From assembly GCA_002269645.1 (NCBI GenBank), contig NIVC01003362.1, positions 38,131 to 102,130 on the forward strand: a stretch of DNA of 64,000 nucleotides, read 5' to 3'. Source of the stretch: Macrostomum lignano. Taxonomy: Eukaryota. A program made the translations under genes and the position numbers. Under the pieces are notes generated by a model. That model was not told the origin of the DNA. It searched no databases and was given only the letters and a program-made list of their open reading frames with translations. This document shows, piece after piece, positions 54,401 through 64,000 of the stretch. Numbering within the stretch: position 1 is the stretch's first letter; each line of letters begins with the position of its first letter.

Positions 54401-55146
54401 ATTGAAACTGGCGGGGTGTCCTTCTTGAACCACAGCCCCTTCCATCACTGTCTGCAAGGAAAAAACTTTCTAGAAGTAAAACGAGCCAGCAAAAGCAGAA
54501 ATAAAAATCAATAACAAGAGAAGATCAAAGGCAACGGCCCTCCGATCTGAGACTTATACTGGCAAAGGAGAAACGACAGGAGGAGGCAGATAGGCAAGAT
54601 TAGCCCCTCGCCATCTTCATTTGTCGGACGCGTTTAATATAAGAGCAATCAGGGCTGGCCGGGGCTGGCCGGGGCTGGCCGGGGCGCCAGATCTCGAAAG
54701 CTCAAACGATACTGGAGTTAGCAATCAGGGCTTGGACAGGCAGGCGGGGACTGCCGAAGACTCAGGGGTTCCTCGCCCCTTAGCTACGCGGTCGGCAGGG
54801 CTGGGAGGGAAGACAGTTGAGTGGCGGAGTAAGCAGGCAAATTTGCATGCGACAGCAGCTTGAGGAGGGGAGCAGGAGGTATTCTCACTCAGCTCTCTTG
54901 GAATTCTCTGCACTAGGGGGAATGCTGATGCTCAGGGAAGCTGAAGCTGCATGCGGCGGAGGCTCTTTGGGCCCTTCAGCCTACTTGACTTTCTTGTCTT
55001 CTTGTTTCTTTTCCATCCAGCCGTTGGCGACCTCGCAAGAGTTTGAAGACCATGGGTCTGCTGTTGCTCCAGACCCTGATTAATGATTCAAAAGGACGCT
55101 ACTCTGCCATTCACTTTGTGTCTTCTTTTTCCCTGGATCCCCAATT

Positions 55147-55149
55147 TCT

Positions 55150-55240
<91 letters not shown>
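55147..55240. repeat. (CT)n microsatellite
   Basis: Dinucleotide run of about 94 bp. Confidence 0.98.
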
Positions 55241-55243
<3 letters not shown>

Positions 55244-55434
55244 GACTTCCCTTTTTAAAGATATGCACGCCTCATCCTCTTCGAGCTTTCATACGAAATT
55301 TTAGCAACCGCCTGCTTGCTTTGTGTCCCAAAATGGGGCTGCCAGCGCATGTCAGCTGTAGGAATTGAGAAGTTAGCCCCTGGATTCCAATTGCTAGTCC
55401 TAATGAGCTGGAATGTTGCCGGGATAAGATAGGT

Positions 55435-55790
55435 AGGGAAAGATGAGGTGTGAGGGAGAGGTAGGAAAAGAGGGGGTGTGAGGGAGGGGTAGGGAGAGAG
55501 GGGGTGTGAGGGAGGGGTGGGTAGAGAGGGGGTATGAGGGAGGGGTAGGGAGAGAGGGTGCGAGGGAGGGGTAGGGAAATAGGGGGTGTGAGGTAGGGGT
55601 AGGGAAACAGGGGTATGAGGGAGGGGTAGGGAAAGAGGGGGTGTGAGGGAGGGGTAAGGAAAGAGGGGTATGAGGGAGGGTAGGGAAAGAGGGGTATGAG
55701 GGAGGGGTAGGGAAAGAGGGGGTGTCAGGGAGGGGTAGGGAAAGAGGGGGTGTGAGGGAGGGGTAGGGAGAGGGGGGTATGAGGGAGTTG
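55435..55790. repeat. Polypurine minisatellite (GAGGGAGGGGTAGGGAAAGAGGGGGTGT)
   Basis: About 13 degenerate copies, related to the array at 54140-54400. Confidence 0.88.
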
Positions 55791-58649
55791 GCCTGGTAGA
55801 AAGAGTAGTCAAGAGGAAGGACGCAGCCTGTTTATTTCATACAGCGGTTCTTCCTTAATCGCTCAAACCGGAAAGTACGAGCCAGTTGTTTATTGAGTCG
55901 CACATTCGAGTATTTAGCATGCAGTGTTCAAACAGCACCTTCCTATTCGAGCAGCCCCACCGGCACTCCCTACAGTTAGAAGTTTTGCCGATTGCAAATC
56001 CTTATCGACTCGCCTCCAAGCGCTGGAGACCTGGACAGAAGGCCACAAGTCAAACAAGCAGCTGCCATCTTATCTGGGCTTCAAGTTCGGATATCTCTCT
56101 CTCTCTCTTTCTCGCTCTCCCTCGCTGAGCACAGTTCTAGGAATTAGAATTATGGCGCCGATCTGGAAATTAACCAGTACGAGTTCCTCCACCGCATGCA
56201 TGGTTACTCCAAAATCGAGCACATCTGGTTGGGAATCAGCCCCGGAATCCTCAATAATTGCAATCTCATGTTGCAACGCGTCCCTTCTCAGCTGTGGTGG
56301 GAGCATTTTTTGTCGGGAGCCAGCATGTAGGAGCCGCTTCGAACCCCAGCTCACCGTCCCTAGAGCTGCTTGAGAGTCGAGTTTCTAAGCCTCGCTGTCT
56401 GTCTGTCTGCCTGCCTGTCTGTCAGTCTCTCATCTTGAGCACTTCATTCAGGGCAGTTCGCAGTTTTCAGTGAGTTTTATACATGTATGGAGAACGAGCG
56501 AGAACTGAGAGCCGAGGCACCGGCAGGGACAGCCTCCGATGGGTGCTCCATCGCTCAGCTGGGTCCCGCGCCCATGGGGATTTTGGACCAGCCGGGACAA
56601 AATTAAATAAACGCGATGGAGAGAGAAGTGAGGAGAGGAGAGCTTGCAGGCTCGGCTTCTGTGTATCTTAGAGCAAGAAATGCGACCCATGGCTGCCAAT
56701 GCTTATCCGCGATATGCTCGCTGCAGTTACGGTGCTGGCATTGCCAGCCACGCAGGCTCCCGCAGTGTGAGCTGCCAGCATGAGTTACTCACCTATCAGA
56801 TGCCTTCTGTGCTCTGGCTTGACCGGATGGGCAGCAGCTAAGCTGGCTGGGGCTGGCGGACTGGTGTGCGGTGAAAAACAGGGGGGATTATATGCCCGAG
56901 AGAGAGAGAGAAGGGGGAGGACGGGAGTTTTGCTGCCGGGAGAATCCCCGCTTTCTTCCCCCCAAAGTTGCCACCATTGGCACTCGCAGCAGATACGGGG
57001 GCTTGAGTACTGGAGGGTGGGGGCGAGGCGGGGAGGAGAGGCCGGGAGCTTCTTTCAGGATGGCCCTCCCACGGCCCCTATTGAGAGCGGCTCGATCCGG
57101 GCAATTTGCATTTATTCTGCAAAGTCCCAACACTGACGGCCTTGCATGTCTCCCCCTCTCTTCCTGCCCGTCACTCCGCTTTTGTAGCTGCTGTGCGTTT
57201 GTTTCTAATTGCTGCTGCCAGTTCTCTCAGGGCTTTCCGCGAAATTCACAGGCAAATACTGAATTGTTTAAAAAGCTTTGCTGAGGAAGGAATATAAAAT
57301 AAATCAAAGCATTCACACTCTTTGTGCCCTCGAGATCAGTCTCACGGATTGTGAAACGCGCGGACAACCTCCAGTTCATTTTCGTGCACAAGCCCCAAAG
57401 AATATGACCAGGGGTCCGACTTGTTTACCACTGACCAGCTCTTGCCCCTGCCAGCTGCGGTCCTATGAATCACGGTGGCAGCCACTCGATTCGGGTTAAA
57501 TAAAGAAGACAAGCCGGTAGACGATTTCCGCAGATCTGGCGGGTACAAGGCAAACAAACTGAGCAAGTAGCTCCGAGGGAGGAGCCGGCAGATCTTGTCG
57601 GCTGACCCAACCGAGGTCACATAACTCAAGCGCTGAGTCCAGCTCCGGGTTATGGCAGAGTTGTGTGAGAGGAACAATGCAGGGTGGCCCGCCGGCTGAA
57701 AGGTGGGAGCAAAAAGCCAAGCCGGACAAGCCCACTTCGTTTGCCCGTGGATTAAGCCGAGAGAGCCCTGCTGCTTCTAGTTGCCTGGGCGTTTGGGATT
57801 CCGGAGTGGGGAAGGCACGGACACAGAACTTTCATGGGTTCCCAAAGTGCACACGCGGAGCACGGGGGTGGGGATTTCTGCTTTAATCTTGTTTCTCCAG
57901 CTTGTCTCGCCCTCAGTCCGCGCGCGGATGTTCTGCGTAGTAGGAAGAAGTTGCTGAGAATTTTTCCGCTGAAGGAAAGAGGCTTAGCTTGGCCAATCTA
58001 CTCTATGCATCTCCGGCCCTCTTGTCAACTGCATGGGAAGTTCAATTGGACCTGGCGTGACTGTATTTTTCGCAAACGGAGGGAGCTCGCGGATTTTCGA
58101 TAATTATTACTGTTTGATATGCCAGTACCCTAACCGCCGATCACTGGCTCCGGGGATCGATTACGTGCATCGCGGCCACCACATGCAATGGGAATTAATT
58201 TCAGAGCTACTGTACATGCGCCTTTGGACAACCGTAGTACGCTCGTATTTAAATGGGTTTTCAAGGTCACCCGAGAGCTAGTCAGGAAGGGCGAGATGAA
58301 AAACCGGGGTTAGGGGTTAGGGGAAGGCAATCTTTAAATAGCAGAGGGGAAAGAGGTGTGAGGGATAGGGGGACAGGAGGCCACGGCACCCTTCCTTGCC
58401 AGCCAGCCAATCACGAGCCACCGCCGGGGGGCACAGGGCAGAGAAGAGAAATTGGGTGGAGCCAATTGGTGTTTTGCCATAGACAAATTCATCCGCAAGA
58501 AAAATCCGCACTAGAAAAAATACAGTAAGGAAAGAAGGAGATACATGTAGTCAGATAGGAATAACGAAATATTTAACGAAATAAGGTTTTTTGTTGTTAT
58601 TTAACGTGGTTAAGCGAGGTTTCTGTTCTAACAACGGGGCTTGAGTATG

Positions 58650-59079
58650 CAGTGGCGGCGCAGGACCTCCAGCTGGGGGGGGCGGTGGTTGGGTGGTCAC
58701 CCCCCCCCCCGGCTGGGTGGTCACCCCCAGAGAAAATTATCAAAAAAATTATCACAAAAATAATTACATTCCAGCTTTCCAAAATCGTTAGGATTCGTTA
58801 TCGCCCAGGCCCAGTTCGCGGTTCGCCCTCAAAGGGTGACCACCCTTACAGCCTACAGGCCCTACCGGGTGACCACCCCCCTGAGGTCTCAGGTGACCAC
58901 CCCCATGCCCCATGGGGTGACCACACTTTTGAAAAATATGGTAAAGTACCAATTTTTTTTAAGTAGTGGGTGGTCACCCCCTGGGGTGGTCACCCCCTGA
59001 GGGTGGTGAGGGGTGGTCACCCGGGGGCAGCCCGCCCCCCCCCCGCCCCCCCCCCCCCCCCCCCCCTGCGCCGCCACTG
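58650..59079. mobile_element. hAT-type MITE, 430 bp
   Basis: 15-bp perfect TIR CAGTGGCGGCGCAGG / CCTGCGCCGCCACTG; perfect 8-bp TSD TGAGTATG at 58642-58649 and 59080-59087; about 9 internal GGGTGGTCACCC motifs in both orientations. Confidence 0.9.
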
Positions 59080-60107
59080 TGAGTATGTCTAAAGGGTTCT
59101 ATACATTGAGCATGCAAGAAATTGATTTTTCGAAGTTAAGAGATTGTCTTTACGGTCAATGTAGGGTGAAAAACAGTCGCCACGTGAGGCAAGGTTAGGG
59201 GAGGGCGCAGCCAGACGACATGCAAAATACGAGTAAACACCGAACGAAAAGGGGGAAGGGGCGAGAGAGAGCAGACGTCAACCAAGTCCAGCCAATCAGG
59301 GCACCGCGCAGAGAAGAGCTGATAAGCTGGACCAAGAAAGGAGAGAAAGGAAAGGAAGGACTGGCCAATCGGTCCGCAGAAAAGCTGAGGTGGGGGGAGG
59401 ACCGGGTCGTAAACAAAGGTGCCCAAAAGAGAGAGAGAGACAGTGGCGCCCTGGCCCAGCCAATCGACTGGCGACCAACTGGAACCGAAGGTCACCCAGA
59501 TAAAACAAGTGCGCAGGCAACTACAGAAACTACAAAATCACATCTCGCTGACTCGCTACTGCATTTCATGGTGAAAATCTTCAACGATTCGTGAGTGTAG
59601 CACCGCGTCCTCTTCTTCAAATGGCAGATCTCTTCTTCCTCTTCTTCTCAAATGGCAGACTGTTCGTCTTCTTTTAAACGGCTGCGCTTTTTAAAATCAC
59701 GTGTCATCGTTATTTTTACAGATAAATTCCAACTCTAACTTGATTAATGCATATACACAGTGGAAATTCACGAGGCGAAGAAATGGCAAAACACACAACT
59801 GACACACGACATCTGCTCGGCGCTCCTATCCATCAATTTTACCCTCTTTCTAATTCAATGAGGACTCAGGCGTATCGAGTTTCTATCAGAGGAAGAGCAG
59901 TAGCAGCCGCCTCAGCGTCATAGTTTCTTTTCCTGCTCTCCAGCGGCGCAGGGCCGCAGAGGATTAAGGGATCACGCTTTTTAGATAGATAGATGCTTTA
60001 TGGACGCATTTCACATTCTGAACACGATTTGAATGTCATTCGCCCAATCCCCAGGAGCCAGTGTGTGCTTATCTAACGCTTAATATACGAGCTGGAAATA
60101 CTAATTA

Positions 60108-60356
60108 TTCTCTCCGTCCCAAATAATACATGTTAGCTACTGTAGATTTCCGTCATTGTTGGCACAGCTAATATTCTTTCCCTTTTCTAGTTCTCTCCGT
60201 CCCAAATAATACATGTTAGCTACTGTAGATTTCCGTCATTGTTGGCACAGCTAATATTCTTTCCCTTTTCTAGTTCTTTCCGTCCCAAATAATACATGTT
60301 AGCTACTGTAGATTTCCGTCATTGTTGGCACAGCTAATCTTCTTTCCCTTTTCTAG
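60108..60356. repeat. 83-bp tandem triplication
   Basis: Copies start at 60108, 60191 and 60274 and are almost identical. Confidence 0.95.
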
Positions 60357-61358
60357 CTTCCCCTAATGGGAAAATTACCCCCCCCCCACCGACCCGCCAA
60401 GTCACGCCACGCTTGACCGTCGCAATTTCTTGTCCAAGGCGATTGTGCCGTCCTTTGAGTCTTTTGTCGACCGACCGCCTTTCCCTTCTTCTTTTCAAAG
60501 AAAATTCGGTTTTTTCTGGCCGGACTTTGCCACGCAATCGCTTGTCGGACAGTGCTTACTGATGGCCGTCTGGCTTTGTCCGGGAGCTTTGCTTCCTTTC
60601 GAATGCGATTGAGTACCGAATTCACGTTCCCAATAGCAATAGTGAAAAAGCTCAGCTGCATCATAGCAACTAATTATATTACTACCAGTAGCGTGATTAG
60701 GAGATTAGTAACAAGACAAGAACGCCAAAGATTTTTCCAGGTCGATAATAAATTTCCGAATATTGAATCAAACCTTGCTTTCCTTGCACCGCTAATGACT
60801 TTAAAATGTACTTTTAACTATACTTTTAGACAGGATTTGTTTAATTAAAGTTTAAAATTGTAAAAGAAAATATAAATGATGAATAACAAATTAAGTAATC
60901 ATTATAAAAGTATGATGGTTCATCAGAGGCTCGGTAAATTAGTAAAACTTTCTAGTAGGAGAAAACAACAATAAAAGCGAACAACATATTAATAAACAGA
61001 TTTTAATTCTCACTGTAACTGGCTATAAAAGTGTTGCAAGAATTTACATATTAAGTAACTCTAACTCGTTTGCATAGTAATTCAGCCGTAAATTGCATAA
61101 AAAACGCCCTGGGTTGGTGCGAGCCAATCAAATAGGATAAAACTAGCCAATATACAGAAATAAATTCTAACCCTGTTGATGTATGCACTGGATTTTATTA
61201 CTTTCCCCCTGCTGCGCGTTGTATGGGGTGGTGGTAGTCAGCTCCAGCCAATGAGATGCGAATAAGCTAGACAGACGGAGATAAAGTAATTCCCGTTAAT
61301 GTACACGCTAGAACCTTTTGCAAACTCCAACCAATCAGACTGTTCGCTAGCAATTGGC

Positions 61359-61715
61359 CTAGGCCAACGCGCCTTGCAATAGGTAGAGCGAGTCACGTGA
61401 TGTGGCCAGAATGCCGATGGAGTCATCCTGCTGCTGCTGCTGAGTGACAGTGGCGACGGCCGACAGCAGCAGATGCTGGTAAAAAAGTGGCCGCCATCGG
61501 AGACAGGGTGAGTGAGTGCATTGCAGGCCAGCTGCTGTTGCTGGCCCCGAGACACAGGATGTTGCCGTGCTCACGGCTGAGCATCAGTAGTTTCTCCGAC
61601 TGGCTGGCGCCCCTAGCGATGGGACCGCGAGTAGGCGGCCAGGGCGCACCTGGTCGAGCTTCCAGCTGCTTACTTTTAGCCAGGATTTAGCCGTTGGTGG
61701 CGGCTGCTGCGGCTC
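61359..61715 (-). CDS. Probable terminal exon of a gene entering from beyond the window end; two compensating 1-nt indels
   Basis: Strong acceptor TTTTCACTTCTTCCGCAG at 61716. Reads EPQQPPPTAKSWLKV...LLAVPSL / QSEKLLMLSREHGNILCL...SPMAAT / FYQHLLLSAV...DSLYLLQGALA*, with frame changes at GGGG and TTTTTT runs. Confidence 0.45.
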
Positions 61716-61744
61716 CTGCGGAAGAAGTGAAAATAAGTGTTCAG

Positions 61745-64000
61745 ATCCACTCAGATCCTAGATCCTAGATTCCAGATTCCAGATCCCAGATCCTAGACCT
61801 AGATCCCAGATCCAGGACCTAGATCCAGATCCTAGACCTAGATCCATCCTAGATCCCAGATCCTAGATCCCAGGATCCTAGATCCAGATCCTAGATCCAG
61901 ATCCTAGATCCCAGATCCTAGATCCCAGATCCTAGATCCCAGATCCTAGATCCCAGATCCTAGATCCCAGATCCTAGATCCCAGATCCTAGATCCAGATC
62001 CTAGATCCCAGATCCTAGATCCCAGATCTAGATCCCAGATCCTAGATCCCAGATCCTAGATCCCAGATCCTAGATCCCAAGATCCTAGATCCAGATCCTA
62101 GATCCCAGATCCTAGATCCCAGATCCTAGATCCCAGATCCTAGATCCCAGATCCTAGATCCCAGATCCTAGATCCAGATCCTAGATCCCAGATCCTAGAT
62201 CCCAGATCCTAGATCCCAGATCCTAGATCCAGATCCTAGATCCCAGATCCTAGATCCCAGATCCCAGATCCTAGATCCCAGATCCTAGATCCCAGATCCT
62301 AGATCCCAGATCCTAGATCCCAGATCCTAGATCCCAGATCCAGATCCTAGATCCCAGATCCTAGATCCCAGATCCTAGATCCCAGATCCTAGATCCCAGA
62401 TCCTAGATCCCAGATCCTAGACCAGATCCTAGATCCCAGATCCTAGATCCCAGATCCTAGATCCCAGATCCTAGATCCCAGATCCTAGATCCCAGATCCT
62501 AGATCCCAGATCCTAGATCCCAGATCCTAGATCCCAGATCCTAGATCCCAGATCCTAGATCCCAGATCCTAGATCCCAGATCTAGATCCCAGATCCTAGA
62601 TCCCAGATCCTAGATCCCAGATCCTAGATCCCAGATCCTAGATCCCAGATCCTAGATCCCAGATCCTAGATCCCAGATCCTAGATCCCAGATCCTAGATC
62701 CCAGATCCTAGATCCCAGATCCTAGATCCCAGATCCTAGATCCCAGATCCTAGATCCCAGATCCTAGATCCCAGATCCCCAGATCCTAGATCCCAGATCC
62801 TAGATCCCAGATCCCTAGATCCCAGATCCTAGATCCCAGATCCTAGATCCCAGATCCTAGATCCCAGATCCTAGATCCCAGATCCTAGATCCCAGATCTA
62901 GATCCCAGATCCTAGATCCCAGATCCTAGATCCCAGATCCTAGATCCCAGATCCTAGATCCCAGATCCTAGATCCCAGATCCTAGATCCCAGATCCTAGA
63001 TCCCAGATCCTAGATCCAGATCCTAGATCCAGATCCTAGATCCCAGATCCTAGATCCCAGATCCTAGATCCCAGATCCTAGATCCAGATCCTAGATCCCA
63101 GATCCTAGATCCCAGATCCTAGATCCCAGATCCTAGATCCCAGATCCTAGATCCCAGATCCTAGATCCAGATCCTAGATCCCAGATCCTAGATCCCAGAT
63201 CCTAGATCCCAGATCCTAGATCCCAGATCCTAGATCCCAGATCCTAGATCCCAGATCCTAGATCCCAGATCCTAGATCCCAGATCCTAGATCCCAGATCC
63301 TAGATCCCAGATCCTAGATCCCAGATCCTAGATCCCAGATCCTAGATCCCAGATCCTAGATCCCAGATCCTAGATCCCAGATCCTAGATCCCAGATCCTA
63401 GATCCCAGATCCTAGATCCCAGATCCTAGATCCCAGATCCTAGATCCCAGATCCTAGATCCCAGATCCTAGATCCCAGATCCTAGATCCCAGATCCTAGA
63501 TCCCAGATCCTAGATCCCAGATCCTAGATCCCAGATCCTAGATCCCAGATCCTAGATCCCAGATCCTAGATCCCAGATCCTAGATCCCAGATCCTAGATC
63601 CCAGATCCTAGATCCCAGATCCTAGATCCCAGATCCTAGATCCCAGATCCTAGATCCCAGATCCTAGATCCAGATCCTAGATCCAGATCCTAGATCCCAG
63701 ATCCTAGATCCAGATCCTAGATCCCAGATCCTAGATCCCAGATCCTAGATCCCAGATCCTAGATCCCAGATCCTAGATCCCAGATCCTAGATCCCAGATC
63801 CTAGATCCCAGATCCTAGATCCCAGATCCTAGATCCCAGATCCTAGATCCCAGATCCTAGATCCCAGATCCTAGATCCCAGATCCTAGATCCAGATCCTA
63901 GATCCCAGATCCTAGATCCCAGATCCTAGATCCCAGATCCTAGATCCCAGATCCTAGATCCGAGATCCTAGATCCCAGATCCTAGATCCCAGATCCTAGA
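61745..64000. repeat. 14-bp satellite (GATCCCAGATCCTA)n running off the window end
   Basis: More than 150 copies with 13-bp deletion variants and a degenerate left edge. Confidence 0.98.

Noticed and set aside
56400-58600. Numerous 60-140-aa ORFs
   Set aside because: Overlapping on both strands without domain or codon-bias support.

Overview
Eukaryotic (metazoan, probably invertebrate) genomic DNA: GC-rich spliced exons with GT-AG introns, a TTAGGG-type telomeric tract, and about 30 different tandem arrays. The combination resembles a free-living flatworm such as Macrostomum, but that is inference only. Genes I can assemble by hand: a 4-exon uncharacterised gene (896-3950, +); an intronless SPATA2/tamozhennic-like PUB-domain gene (5221-6024, -); a PIERCE1/C9orf116-like ciliary microtubule inner protein with one frameshift (8929-9910, +); a coiled-coil gene (10817-14074, +); a complete 11-exon invertebrate-type dopamine transporter of the SLC6 family (25062-40800, +, 661 aa); a secreted WSC+PAN protein (43019-43952, -); a frameshifted Crypton/DUF3504 tyrosine-recombinase remnant (about 44210-45261, -); a probable small membrane protein (46366-47415, +); a divergent YjeF_N (NAXE/YJEFN3-like) gene with an altered NNGGD motif (49121-54028, -); and the last exon of a gene entering from the right edge. 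Mobile elements: a Mutator-type MITE with a perfect 9-bp TSD, a hAT-type MITE with a perfect 8-bp TSD, a CORE-type tRNA SINE, a second tRNA-derived SINE and a non-LTR 3' fragment. The most striking structure is that most introns contain their own distinct minisatellite, often starting or ending within a few tens of bases of a splice site. Most long ORFs in the supplied track are artefacts of these arrays. All family calls rest on motif recognition from memory; no searches were run.
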